A stretch of DNA of 64,000 nt from an uncultured virus (IMG/VR IMGVR_UViG_3300050821_001073) (IMGVR_UViG_3300050821_001073), one strand, 5' to 3'. Numbered from the stretch's first letter, positions 9,508 through 19,743 are shown. Translations and numbers: made by a program. The notes: a model not told the origin generated them from the sequence alone.

Positions 9508-11454
9508 TTAAATAGGGAACACCAAGACGTTTCCGTCACGTTCCACTGGTTTACTCAATTTGGTGAAGTTCTTTGCACGAGTGCAGATCTTTTTAATGCA
9601 ATTGGCGTGTGCACGCTGGAATTGCTGTGTTTCGGCCTGCCAAAAGAGCTTCTGTGGTTCCTTAGGCGTGACACTAGCCAAGCATATCCGGCAAGTGTCT
9701 ATGATGTTCACGAACATGCTTGTCATTAAGACTCCTTCTCTCCATTTATTGATTCTACACCAGCATTGTGTGCTGCGTCAAGCTCTCTCATGAAAGCATA
9801 CTTCTTTGAGTTATACTCAGTCAGGCTATCCATATGCCGTTGCAGCATTTCTATGCCCGAAGTAAGCAGGTCCGCTCGGTTCTTATCCAACTCACCGTGA
9901 ATGCCCTGTTCCTGCATGATTGCTAAACCGTCTTGCCACAGGTCCAACAGTTGTGAATAATGGCTCCAGCGCGTTCCCACGTCCTCTAAGGAGTGCCTTT
10001 CTATGGTCATGCTATCACGTCCACGGCTATGAATGTATAACTATATTCATTATTGCACGGATAGGAGGATAGGTAGTATTCATCCCACCAATGACGGCCT
10101 TCACGGAATACATATAAAGTGGCTTCGTAGTCTATTTCAGTTACAGTAGCAACTGAGTAATAGCTAACATTCTTGAGCCTTACTATGGACCCATCATTTT
10201 TTGTCAATTCAAGCGTCATTTAGCAGCCCCCGTCCAGGACTTGCTCCTGAGCGCGTTGATCGGAGTAATTGGTTTCGCAGTAAATCTCGATACTGGCAGG
10301 TCTAACTCCAATAGAATCACACCAGCGGCAATAATCATCATAAATCTCGGTAATAAGTTTCATTAGGACTCCTTAACCAACTTGATTGTGTGATACGACG
10401 TTCGTCGTTCGGGTGAGTTCGTTGTTGGCCAGGGGAAGAACCAAAGGGGAGCCAGTAGCGATAACGGGCATTTCAGGCATCGGCCACTTGACCTGAGCCA
10501 TATCGTTCCTAAACCAAAGTTTCTTAGTGGTATCCAAGGTGAATGAAATCTTGTTTTGTACGGTGACGATAGTAATCATTTAGACTCCTTTGTCCGGTAG
10601 ATAGGTAGAAATTCGGTGCCGAATCTGGTCTGGACTCGTTCCCAAGTGACAAAGACTTCAGGCGCTTGTTCGCCGTAAGTAGACATAAGGCCAGATTCTG
10701 ACTTCAGGTAATCCTTAGCAAAGGGGAAGGATAGTTGTTCAGGTTGATCGTCGAAGTTGCTCATAGTATGATTCCCATTCCTTTAGCGCGTATCCTGTCT
10801 TCATCGGTGAACATACTTTGGGCCTGTTCGTCAGTAAACGTATTATATACGGCAGTTTCAGTAGGTGTAGGCTGTTCTACGACTGCATATTTTTGGTCGA
10901 TTGCTGCGAGTTCTTTGCGCAGATCTTCTTGGATTTTCTGGGTTTCTACCCAGTTCTCTAAGACTTTTTGCGTTTCAGCCCAAACATTCGCAGGTAGGGT
11001 AATAGTAACGAGTTCTTCTTTGTTATCCATATTTAGATAGTATCCTTATCTTCCCCAGAAGTCAAGTCTATAGTGAAAGTAAGATCATAACGCTGCCCTA
11101 TAGCCAGCTTGCCACCGTAGCGTTGTCCAACAGGAAGGACATCCATGGAATTCACACCAATATCGAAGCGATTGCCGCTAATTTCTGTGACCTCGAAGAT
11201 GCCGAACTTTCCATTGCAGGATACTTGTTTAACTATTGCTTTCATTGTACAGCCTGCCTCATTCTTTCAATAAGTTCATCAACTGTCTTGCCTGTGGCTA
11301 CCCAGGTTGAGCCCGTCACTCGCACGTGATGGTACTCATAGCTAGAGCCTGCCCACACACCTATGTGTGCGTAAGAAAGTCCTAGTTCAGGCCAAAGCTT
11401 TCTCGCTGCCTTTGAGACATCTTCTATGAGACTTAAAACTTCAATTGCTGTCAT
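9508..11454 (-). other. run of ~9 small hypothetical genes (47-94 aa)
   Basis: tightly packed, often overlapping ORFs: 9508-9726, 9726-10010, 10007-10219, 10220-10363, 10373-10579, 10576-10764, 10761-11030, 11033-11245, 11242-11454. Confidence 0.6.
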
Positions 11455-12023
11455 TTAGACCTCTGTGCTTCTAGTTGGTAGTAGCGTTCAAGAAATTTCC
11501 GCTCAGCCTTGGCCGGTCCCCACGGTTTGATGACCTTCTTAAGTAGCTTAAAATCCCCTGCACCGATCAAGCGACGCTCACTCTTAGGCTTCAAGTCGCG
11601 CATCTCGGTCAAGACTACCCTATTATCCGCGATTTTCACGGAGATTGGCCAAGGGAACTTCAACCCAAACCGCTCCGCTACTACCTTTTCCGTGCGTGTC
11701 TCTGCCTTTTTGTACACTGGACCGATGCCTAATTGAATCTTCACAGGCCTAATCAAGTCCCCAAGTCCTAGGCCTTCAGCGGAATCGTGCATAAGTCCTT
11801 CTAGTTCGTCTCCTGGAGTCACATTATAGCTAACCAACACCGAATGTTGAGCGACCGAATAGAAACGAGAAACGTGGCCCCCGAAGCGGCACAGTTTACT
11901 AAGGGCTGCTGCGATGTCACGGATGTCTATATCACTGACCTTTGGCTTCAGAGGATTCATGAACTTCCCCGAGTAGAGCTGCATTTCGCAGCTCGTCGGA
12001 ACGCCGACCTTGTCATCATTCAT
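11451..12023 (-). CDS. HD-superfamily phosphohydrolase (YfdR/5'-deoxynucleotidase-like)
   Basis: DIA.ALS..CRFGGH...FYSVAQHS, LMHDSAE, KIAD. Confidence 0.9.
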   Translation of the reverse strand: MNDDKVGVPTSCEMQLYSGKFMNPLKPKVSDIDIRDIAAALSKLCRFGGHVSRFYSVAQHSVLVSYNVTPGDELEGLMHDSAEGLGLGDLIRPVKIQLGIGPVYKKAETRTEKVVAERFGLKFPWPISVKIADNRVVLTEMRDLKPKSERRLIGAGDFKLLKKVIKPWGPAKAERKFLERYYQLEAQRSK

Positions 12024-12024
12024 T

Positions 12025-12393
12025 TTATAGTCCTTGTGCAGTAACTTGTATGTCCCGTATCCAAGCCCTAAGAGACGCTGATTCTTCCTGTAATTGAAGG
12101 ATCTGAGCCTTCAAAGCTACAATTTCGGCATCCCGACCATCCGTAACCGTTACTTTGTTAGGCCAAATGGGGTTGATGACATTCCAATCGTACGTAGCGA
12201 AAGTCCCGGCAGTGGTTCTAGGCCATGCTGTGTTAGGATTTATTGCGTTGGTGACGTTCCCATCGGGGCAAACGCCTGCACGGGAGTCGAACTTAGCCGA
12301 ACCAGTTGGTCCGCTGGTGTAGGACTTTTGTCCAGTCTTAGGATCGGTGTGTCGCCCATCCCATTGACCGTTTTCGTTCATATAGATTTCCAT
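12025..12393 (-). CDS. hypothetical protein
   Basis: GGAG RBS; C-terminal coiled coil. Confidence 0.55.
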   Translation of the reverse strand: MEIYMNENGQWDGRHTDPKTGQKSYTSGPTGSAKFDSRAGVCPDGNVTNAINPNTAWPRTTAGTFATYDWNVINPIWPNKVTVTDGRDAEIVALKAQILQLQEESASLRAWIRDIQVTAQGL

Positions 12394-12498
12394 AGTTACT
12401 CCTTAATCGCTTCTATAATTCCTATAATTATCACACCAAGTAGCATCACCATGAATGGTGCCATAAATAACATTGAGGTTATCGTGTCCTTATCCATA

Positions 12499-13617
12499 CT
12501 ACTCCTTAACGTCTTCTACGGCCTTCTGAGCCGCTAATGCCTTCTGAACTTCTGCTTCAACTTCAGTATACAACGAACGGTCTGCTTTAATCAAGTCTTT
12601 TAGCTTATTCACGCCCTGAGAAAGCTGCTTGCCGTTCAGAAATAGCCAACTCCCCTTCTTTTCAATGGCTCCCAAAGACACTGCGTACTCGATGAAATCG
12701 CCTTCTACGTCCCATCCTACGTTGTAGATCAAGTCCACTTCAGTCGTTCGGAATGGCGGTCCTACTTTGTTCTTGACGGCCTTGATCTTAACTCTATGTC
12801 CAAGCTGGACACCGCCGCTCATGATCTTGCCTTCTTCGCCGCTCACTCGTCCGACTTCAAGCCTAACGCTGGCGTAGAATGACAGAGCCTTACCACCGCT
12901 GGTAACGACTGGTGAACCGTATCCGCCGATGTTCATACGGGTTTGGTTGATAAAGATAACAGTAACTGTGTTTATTGCACATATGCCACGGAGCTTCCGG
13001 CAGGCTTGAGACATCAAACGGGCTTGCAGACCCATATTGGCATCGCCAAAGTCGCCGCTAAGTTCCTTTTCAGGGACCAATGCGGCCACAGAGTCAACGA
13101 CAATTAGGGATACCGCACCAGAGCGGACAAGTGCTTCGACCGTCTCCAGGGCTTGCTCACCACCGTCAGGCTGACTCACCACGAGTTCATCGACATTAAC
13201 GCCAAACGTAGCCGCATAGGAGGGGTCCAAAGCGTGCTCTACGTCCACGAATGCCACGATATTGCCTAATCGCTGCTCTTCGGCTATGACCTTAAACGTC
13301 AAGCTGGTCTTTCCCGAACTGGGGGCTCCATATATTTCGATAATACGGCCTTTGGGCAGTCCACCACAGACCAACACGTTATGGTCCAGGGTGTAGATCC
13401 CTGTAGGCGTATTCGGTACGGGTTTACCTACACGGTCACCTAATCGAACCAGACTATTGTCACACTTGAACTCTTTGTTTAGGGACTTGCCCACTGCCGT
13501 GATAGCAGCCCACTTCTCTTTCGTAGTCATTCCCTTAGAAACAGATGTAGCCGGAACCTCAATGGTGTCCGGCTCTTCTGTAAGCTGTTTAAGGGCGTCT
13601 AATGCCTTATTAGCCAT
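12499..13617 (-). CDS. recA: RecA recombinase (phage-encoded)
   Basis: GLPKGRIIEIYGAPSSGKT, DVEHALD, VVDSVAALVP, GLQARLMSQA, FINQ.R, GGKAL.FYASVRL; start set at MANKAL after AAGGA. Confidence 0.95.
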   Translation of the reverse strand: MANKALDALKQLTEEPDTIEVPATSVSKGMTTKEKWAAITAVGKSLNKEFKCDNSLVRLGDRVGKPVPNTPTGIYTLDHNVLVCGGLPKGRIIEIYGAPSSGKTSLTFKVIAEEQRLGNIVAFVDVEHALDPSYAATFGVNVDELVVSQPDGGEQALETVEALVRSGAVSLIVVDSVAALVPEKELSGDFGDANMGLQARLMSQACRKLRGICAINTVTVIFINQTRMNIGGYGSPVVTSGGKALSFYASVRLEVGRVSGEEGKIMSGGVQLGHRVKIKAVKNKVGPPFRTTEVDLIYNVGWDVEGDFIEYAVSLGAIEKKGSWLFLNGKQLSQGVNKLKDLIKADRSLYTEVEAEVQKALAAQKAVEDVKE

Positions 13618-14185
13618 GTGTTGTCCTTTAGTTAATGTTCTTGGTGATGATATTATAAGCTGCCTTGACTGCAATCTTAATGCGCTCTGTCAGAGTCAGG
13701 TTGAAAATCGAGTAGTGAGCCTTCACGTACGAGTAATTGTACCGAAGTTCCCAGTTGTCATTGACATCAAAGTAATTTCCCATTAGCTAATGCTCCCATC
13801 TTCAAATGCTTCATCAAGTGTAATTGACTCTGCCGTTACTGGTGTTTCCTTTTCCACGTTGACCCTAACCAATTCGTGTGTGGCCCTGAACCGTTTGAAC
13901 TGTGTAAGCGTCTTCTTGCCCTTAACAGCTTCAATAATCTGCTCGCCGTTAGGTTCAAACATCACGTCATCTAAGGCGCGTGTGAACTCTGCGTGTGCAA
14001 AGAAAAACACGTTCCAGCAATCATCGCAATGGTTGTTAGGAATGTCACTCTTCTTCTGTGTGTGGCCCTGTGCGCAGCCGTAAGTCCCGTGCTGAATAGT
14101 AGTTTCGTTTGGCATTAATACCTCTTCCAATCTATTACGATCACAATAAGACTCACGACGATGGCAGTTATACCAAATATGACCA

Positions 14186-14464
14186 TTACCGACCACCCTT
14201 ATACGTGCTGTAACGCTCATCGCGGTACGAACGGCTAGGCTGTCCCTTGTACACTTGGTTGAGTTCGGTCTGGTTCAGTCTGGCACGTGCCAACCCGAAC
14301 TTCTGAAGGACCATGAAGTACTTGTCTTTGCCCATTTCGGTATCAGGCTCGATTTCCTGTCTTACTTGATTGCGAAGGCTACGTTCGAGCTCGTTGGCGC
14401 GTTGGTCATCATACTTGATGCATTCTGCTTCGTTAGCGAAACGTTCTTGGTAAGGTATTCCCAT
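14186..14464 (-). CDS. hypothetical protein
   Basis: ORF with AGGA RBS downstream of a TTGACA promoter. Confidence 0.55.
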   Translation of the reverse strand: MGIPYQERFANEAECIKYDDQRANELERSLRNQVRQEIEPDTEMGKDKYFMVLQKFGLARARLNQTELNQVYKGQPSRSYRDERYSTYKGGR

Positions 14465-14541
14465 GTATTATGTATCCTGCTTAAAGTCCGATGGACTGTT
14501 ATTTGCTTACTTGTTCAGTATCTCATACGGGGAGGGCCTTG

Positions 14542-14694
14542 TCAAGCGGAAACTGTGAAATTATCGCTGTAGCTGCTTACATACCAAACCGTACTGCTAT
14601 GGTGCCAACCGCAGGAGCGGCTCGTATGCTCCTCAAGTGAGTAGCTTTTCACATAAACAGAAGACCAGCTCCGTGGTTGCGCGATTAGAATCAC
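14542..14694 (-). CDS. Ser/aromatic-rich micro-peptide family member (50 aa)
   Basis: GTG start: MILIAQPRSWSSVYVKSYSLEEHTSRSCGWHHSSTVWYVSSYSDNFTVSA; GTGA-coupled. Confidence 0.65.
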   Translation of the reverse strand: MILIAQPRSWSSVYVKSYSLEEHTSRSCGWHHSSTVWYVSSYSDNFTVSA

Positions 14695-15137
14695 AGTCTT
14701 ATCGTCTGCCTCAGGCGTCCGTTCTTAGTTGTGCTGAAGTAGCAGCGTACTGGCCAGATCTGAAACGAGATGAAGTTCTCACCAACGGCCTGTATCTGTT
14801 CGTTCAGTTCCTTAGGCTCGAACGTCTCTTCAGTATCACCTAAGATGTAATGATGATACATTTTCTCATACAGCACCGGAGATACGCTTTTCTTGAAGAC
14901 GTACTCGATGTCCAAGAAGAACTCCAGAAGAGTAGGACGGACCTGTGAGCTGCATCCTGAACCGGCTCCCGTAACCCGACTGTTATCAACGACTTTGATA
15001 ACTGACTTAAGCTCCGTGCCGTGGTAAATGCCGACAGCGCCCTTTTCTTCGTCAGGATTAAGAATGCCCATGAAGGCATCTAGGTTCTTCTGCCGGTCGG
15101 TGTAGCCCTTATCTTCCGCGTAGATTATTCGTCCCAT
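14691..15137 (-). CDS. hypothetical protein
   Basis: GGAG RBS, 148 aa. Confidence 0.6.
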   Translation of the reverse strand: MGRIIYAEDKGYTDRQKNLDAFMGILNPDEEKGAVGIYHGTELKSVIKVVDNSRVTGAGSGCSSQVRPTLLEFFLDIEYVFKKSVSPVLYEKMYHHYILGDTEETFEPKELNEQIQAVGENFISFQIWPVRCYFSTTKNGRLRQTIRL

Positions 15138-15547
15138 GATGTCTCCTTCAAAATGTACTTAGGCATCAACTTCTTAATGTCCTTTACCTGCTTCTTATAG
15201 CTGTTTATACAGGCTTCACGGTCCTTCTTGATGCCATATGCCACCAGTTCCGCCATATCCCAAGCCTCTTCCTCACAATCCAGGACCAACTTAGCGTTCT
15301 TAGCCCGTGAATGCAGTTGTGTCGGGTCCAGGACCGCTCCTGGCAGAGACATCTCGGTAGCCACAACGTGTCCAAGCTCGTGCAATAGGCCTGTCAAGAG
15401 GTTCAGATTGCCATTCTCACCGACCTTTACCTGTTCTTTACAGATGAATATATCATAGCCGTTCTTCTTCATATTCACGCTGGACCCCTTCTCAGAAGCC
15501 CGCTTACTGGTGTCGATGGTCACGCGGATATTGAATTTTCGTATCAC
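15125..15547 (-). CDS. HExxH metallopeptidase-like protein
   Basis: LLHELGH ... CEEEAW (ImmA/IrrE-like spacing). Confidence 0.55.
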   Translation of the reverse strand: MIRKFNIRVTIDTSKRASEKGSSVNMKKNGYDIFICKEQVKVGENGNLNLLTGLLHELGHVVATEMSLPGAVLDPTQLHSRAKNAKLVLDCEEEAWDMAELVAYGIKKDREACINSYKKQVKDIKKLMPKYILKETSWDE

Positions 15548-15576
15548 AGTACCTCCTACTGCCTATTATACCAGTT

Positions 15577-15954
15577 TTACCCGCCATAGCGCATAACTTT
15601 TTTGTACATCGCTTTCCCTAATAAGCCGTACCGTTTCTCCCCCAGGACCGTAGTAGCAGGCGGCTCATCATGGAAAAGAGCTAAGGCTCGAAGTACTTCT
15701 GATAGGTTCTCCCTACAGGCGTTCTCTAAAATGCCGTAAGCCCGATTGATTCTCCAGTTAAGAATGCCACGTATCAGCCCTGTCTTATGGTTATGATCTG
15801 TGCCTTCAGCCTTACCACCTAATAGCAACTTGAACTGTGGGTGCCCCGCTTGGTACGCACGGATCTTGTCCCGTTCGGCCAATGTGATCCTATAGAGCTT
15901 CATCAGCCGATTATTCTTAGCCTTATCCTTAGTTGTCATCTTGGCTTTCTTCAT
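15577..15954 (-). CDS. recombination endonuclease VII-like protein
   Basis: YRITL...Q, DHNHKTG.IRG.L...N.A.G. Confidence 0.75.
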   Translation of the reverse strand: MKKAKMTTKDKAKNNRLMKLYRITLAERDKIRAYQAGHPQFKLLLGGKAEGTDHNHKTGLIRGILNWRINRAYGILENACRENLSEVLRALALFHDEPPATTVLGEKRYGLLGKAMYKKVMRYGG

Positions 15955-16481
15955 GATACAATCTCCAGTAGCTCCCCAAGATCCAGCATCCGATAGCGAC
16001 GTTTGCGGCCTATTATCTCATAGCCCCAGTTCCCAAAATGGCCATCGATATCCTTCTGTTTCAAGAATTCAGCTATCTCCTTCTCGTAAGTCTCTATCTC
16101 TTTGCAGCCTTCGTCTATCACTTCATACCGCTGCATTACAGTCACTCCGGTTTCAAAGTTATAGTAATGGATCTTAGGCAGAAACCGTCGAAGGCCGCTA
16201 TAATGATTGTCCGCGAGAATGGTGTGGTAGGCTAGGATCTCGTTCTTAGTGTGCTTGACACAATACTTCCAGTCCTTGCCACTTAGGATGTGGGAATCTC
16301 CATAGATGCAAGGAAACTTAACCACGATAGGCAGCTTGTCTACACTATAGGCTCTACGGAACGCACCTTCACCGACTAGCTTTAGCTCCGGTGCCCAGTC
16401 GCCTACGGAAGCTATATCATGCAGGTGTGCTACATGCTTCTCTTTCATGTGCCTAAGGAGCTGATTGAGTGTTAACTTCAT
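15951..16481 (-). CDS. protein-kinase-like fold protein
   Basis: GEGAFR.AY (Gly loop), VVKF (Lys), NE (helix C), DGHFGN (catalytic loop), DLG; start MKLTL is ATGA-coupled. Confidence 0.7.
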   Translation of the reverse strand: MKLTLNQLLRHMKEKHVAHLHDIASVGDWAPELKLVGEGAFRRAYSVDKLPIVVKFPCIYGDSHILSGKDWKYCVKHTKNEILAYHTILADNHYSGLRRFLPKIHYYNFETGVTVMQRYEVIDEGCKEIETYEKEIAEFLKQKDIDGHFGNWGYEIIGRKRRYRMLDLGELLEIVS

Positions 16482-16684
16482 AATGATGCTCCGCAATTTG
16501 AACCTGTCATAGTGCTTATACCAGAGACTCCCGATATAGAACAAGCCATTGTACTGCATCTACCTCTTAGCTGGTGTTCCCAGGGTGCCACGTAACCTCT
16601 ATATCTGCGATATTCAACTGTCTCATAAAAAGCCATAGGAGTTATCCAGTTTCTATCGAGTAAAGCGCCTATTCTGAAAATCAT
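16478..16684 (-). CDS. probable micro-peptide family member (68 aa)
   Basis: MIFRIG...CSISGVSGISTMTGSNCGASL; ATGA-coupled to both primase and kinase. Confidence 0.5.
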   Translation of the reverse strand: MIFRIGALLDRNWITPMAFYETVEYRRYRGYVAPWEHQLRGRCSTMACSISGVSGISTMTGSNCGASL

Positions 16685-18636
16685 ATCCCTATATCACTTT
16701 CCCTAGCTGGAGCCACATTCCTCTGCGGCTGTGATCCTGGCTCGAACTCGGACACCGTACTAGTCGCTCCGTCGAAGTACAGCTTAGTCTGCCCACCGCA
16801 ACTATACCTAGACAGCCCGACCGTCACTAGCATCTCGGGCTCGAATGCTGAGTGAGTCTCTATGGCTCCGATAGCTGAGAAATCCGCTGCTGACATCTTG
16901 CCCATCTTGTTCCTGTGTAGACTAATCATGCAGTCACAATCCTTAGCGATCTGTGAGCTACCGTCTACCGAGTCAGAGTTAGTTATCTGCCCGTCCTTGA
17001 TACGATGCGGCTGTAGGATGCGAATCATCTTGATATTAGCGTCCTTGGTGATGCCCGCCAACGTCTTACTGATCTGCGATAGGTGCATAGTCCGGTGTGC
17101 CATGTTTTTTAGTGTCTTATCGGCCAGTAGCTGCAAGTTATCCACTACGACCCACTTGACACCATAGCGCCTAATGACATCCCGGATCAATGTATACATG
17201 TCTTCGATGTCCTTGATCTGCGGATAACAGAACAACACCGAACCTTCACGACCCGCTACACGATTGCGGGTTATCACCGCTGCACGCTTTAGATCGTCAA
17301 GTAACTGTACGCCTTCTTCCGGTGTCTTAGGTATGAAGTCTGCCGTAGCTGAGCAATAGCATATCCATTTACGAGTGACCTTCATGACGGGCATCTCTAG
17401 GCAGATGAAGATACCATCTTCCTTGTAGAAGTTCGCCATGTGTTCCAGGAGATTCAACGCCATGACCGACTTACCGATCTTCTCAGACGCTAGGATATCA
17501 ATGACATCGCCATCATCGAAGCCCACTAGAGCATTCAGCTTGTTCCAGGGAGTGCTGTACTTGCTCTGCATTCCATCTAGTCCCTCGAAGCTTTCTTCCA
17601 ATTGGTCCAGAGCATCAAGACTATTACATACACCATCCACATCGAACAGTATAGCGTCCTGCTTAAGTTTATCCCACTTCTCAAGGTCACCTCCACCAGA
17701 CACAAACCATTCGTTCAGATCCTTGCCCGTCCGTACTTCACCTTGATCCGTAGTCACCGTGAAGTCAGGTAGCTTGATCTTCCAACAACGCTCCAACCCG
17801 ATACGCGCTGCCAATTCCTGTGCAGCCTTCTGCCCTACACGGTCCTTATCGTAGCAAATGTATATACGGTCAGGTGCCGCTGCGTCCAACGCTGTAAGCC
17901 ACATAGCTTTGCGGATATTGGCTCCAGGCACGCCCACGATGTTCTCTATGCCCTTGTCCAAGCAGGCAATGGTATTAGCTTCACCTTCACACAGGATTAG
18001 CTCCTTGAGTCCGTCACGGATGATCTCACCGTTGTATAGGGGAACTTCCCAACCTGTAGGACTGCTGAACGCCTTAGGAACCTTATTAGTCTCCAAAGGC
18101 ATGGTCGGCAACGTGCGCCAGTGCACAAAGATAGGGTTGCCTGTTACCAAATAAGGAAACAGGATAGCTCTGGTGTCCCCGCATTCACGGAAGTACCGCT
18201 TATCTAGTCCGAGTTTCTGCTTAACGATGATCTCATGACTGAAGCCACGAGCATTCATCAGGTAGTCCATGGCATCTTCATCTTCTAACAATGCTTCGTG
18301 ACACGCGTCTACATCCGGCAAAGCCTCTTGTTTCTTAGACTTACCACCTTCTGAGATAACACTATTGCCGCTATAGCTGCCATTGTGAGTGCCTACAGGA
18401 GTGTCCCCTTGATCTGTCATTAGTGAACGAAGATTGCCCGACTTGCCACATTTGTGACAAATCCAGAGCCCATCTTTGTTGGAACTATCTGCGATCAAAT
18501 AGAAGTGCTGGAACGGACTTCCGCCCACACCGCAGAAAGGGCAATTCTCCAGGACGATCCTATCGTCACCAGCGTCTTGGAACTTCCAACTCTTGGACTT
18601 AACGTATTGTACCGCAAGGCTGCTAGGACTTGGCAT
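16681..18636 (-). CDS. DNA primase-helicase (T7 gp4/Twinkle-like)
   Basis: Zn finger CPFC...CHKC; TOPRIM CEGE, YDKD..G, KDLNE; SF4 helicase GKS, LEMP, VVVDNLQ. Confidence 0.92.
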   Translation of the reverse strand: MPSPSSLAVQYVKSKSWKFQDAGDDRIVLENCPFCGVGGSPFQHFYLIADSSNKDGLWICHKCGKSGNLRSLMTDQGDTPVGTHNGSYSGNSVISEGGKSKKQEALPDVDACHEALLEDEDAMDYLMNARGFSHEIIVKQKLGLDKRYFRECGDTRAILFPYLVTGNPIFVHWRTLPTMPLETNKVPKAFSSPTGWEVPLYNGEIIRDGLKELILCEGEANTIACLDKGIENIVGVPGANIRKAMWLTALDAAAPDRIYICYDKDRVGQKAAQELAARIGLERCWKIKLPDFTVTTDQGEVRTGKDLNEWFVSGGGDLEKWDKLKQDAILFDVDGVCNSLDALDQLEESFEGLDGMQSKYSTPWNKLNALVGFDDGDVIDILASEKIGKSVMALNLLEHMANFYKEDGIFICLEMPVMKVTRKWICYCSATADFIPKTPEEGVQLLDDLKRAAVITRNRVAGREGSVLFCYPQIKDIEDMYTLIRDVIRRYGVKWVVVDNLQLLADKTLKNMAHRTMHLSQISKTLAGITKDANIKMIRILQPHRIKDGQITNSDSVDGSSQIAKDCDCMISLHRNKMGKMSAADFSAIGAIETHSAFEPEMLVTVGLSRYSCGGQTKLYFDGATSTVSEFEPGSQPQRNVAPARESDIGI

Positions 18637-18765
18637 TTACTCTCCTATGACTTTAGTAATTCCACAACGGACACATTGAGTTTCATAGATATTGAGCCTA
18701 AGTGATCTAAAGCCGTTAAAAGCAAGTTTATGAAATCCAAAGAAACACATCAATTTACGCGCCAT
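18637..18765 (-). CDS. DUF1660-like small Zn-binding phage protein (42 aa)
   Basis: hand translation MARKLMCFFGFHK...CVRCGITKVIGE. Confidence 0.55.
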   Translation of the reverse strand: MARKLMCFFGFHKLAFNGFRSLRLNIYETQCVRCGITKVIGE

Positions 18766-19073
18766 TAGTTAATTCCCCTCTTATCTGAATCCATGAACAA
18801 AAGCACAGCCTCTCTAGTGAGATTAAGGACACGAAGCGTAACTTGCTTCTTATCTTGAAGATCCTTGACAGCCGCAGCCAGTTCAGCGTCATATTTCTCT
18901 TCTATGGCCAATCCTAGTTCAATAAGTTGAATGACTTCTTTATCACGTTCGTCCACGATCAGCGTGCCATAATCGCCTTGTCCAGAAATGCTAGGAGATT
19001 TCCTTATGGCGTCTTTGTATATGATGGCGGAATCCTTCAGTGTGCGTACTTGCTTTTCTGTAAGTTGAATCAT
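18765..19073 (-). CDS. hypothetical protein
   Basis: AAGGAG RBS; TTGACT promoter upstream. Confidence 0.6.
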   Translation of the reverse strand: MIQLTEKQVRTLKDSAIIYKDAIRKSPSISGQGDYGTLIVDERDKEVIQLIELGLAIEEKYDAELAAAVKDLQDKKQVTLRVLNLTREAVLLFMDSDKRGIN

Positions 19074-19121
19074 GTATCTCCTTATTTATCTATCATATCG
19101 CGTTTAGAGTGTTAAGTCAAC

Positions 19122-19268
19122 CTATTTGTACCTGTTCCAGATCCATGCGTTGTAAGTGTGCAACACGCCTCGTCTATTAGACGACTTAGAGCTAAAGGAA
19201 TCGTTTGCACTTGAGAAATAACAGATTCCAGACAGACTTCGGTAAGGGTGCCAAGGTACGAATATCAT
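19122..19268 (-). CDS. micro-peptide family, PWH subtype (48 aa)
   Basis: MIFVPWHPYRSLSGICYFSSANDSFSSKSSNRRGVLHTYNAWIWNRYK. Confidence 0.7.
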   Translation of the reverse strand: MIFVPWHPYRSLSGICYFSSANDSFSSKSSNRRGVLHTYNAWIWNRYK

Positions 19269-19432
19269 AAATATCCCCTCCAGCCTCTATATAACCACAA
19301 TTCCGGTCTTCGACCGGCTGTCAATGAAGCAAAGCATTCATACGATTCGGAATTATAGCATAAAAACCCACCAACGCTAAGTTTACCGCTAGCTGATGCT
19401 CCAAATTTGCTGAATAGAGGTATGAATATCAT
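19265..19432 (-). CDS. micro-peptide family member (55 aa)
   Basis: MIFIPLFSKFGASASGKLSVGGFLCYNSESYECFASLTAGRRPELWLYRGWRGYL; AAGGAG RBS. Confidence 0.7.
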   Translation of the reverse strand: MIFIPLFSKFGASASGKLSVGGFLCYNSESYECFASLTAGRRPELWLYRGWRGYL

Positions 19433-19462
19433 GATTTCTCCTTGCTCTTGAGTCAACCTATT

Positions 19463-19591
19463 TTAGTTCCAGAGCCACGATATGAAGGATTGGTTCATGC
19501 CCCGTGGCCGAGAGTATGTCTGAGTAGAGCTAGATGAGACGTAGCTACCTCTGTACATGGATCGGCGAAGATGCCAAGGTGTAAGTATCAT
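19463..19591 (-). CDS. micro-peptide family, PWH subtype (42 aa)
   Basis: MILTPWHLRRSMYRGSYVSSSSTQTYSRPRGMNQSFISWLWN. Confidence 0.7.
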   Translation of the reverse strand: MILTPWHLRRSMYRGSYVSSSSTQTYSRPRGMNQSFISWLWN

Positions 19592-19743
19592 ACTTGCTTC
19601 CAGTACCAGGGTAGGCTTGAGTTAATCGATCCTGGTATCCATGATGATCTTGAGTAATGGACAACAGAAATAGAGCAGTAGCAGTAGTCCCAACCCATCA
19701 TACCACTATAGCTTCGTTTTATGTGCCATGGTGCGAAGATCAT
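19588..19743 (-). CDS. micro-peptide family, PWH subtype (51 aa)
   Basis: MIFAPWHIKRSYSGMMGWDYCYCSISVVHYSRSSWIPGSINSSLPWYWKQV; ATGA-coupled to helicase. Confidence 0.7.
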   Translation of the reverse strand: MIFAPWHIKRSYSGMMGWDYCYCSISVVHYSRSSWIPGSINSSLPWYWKQV

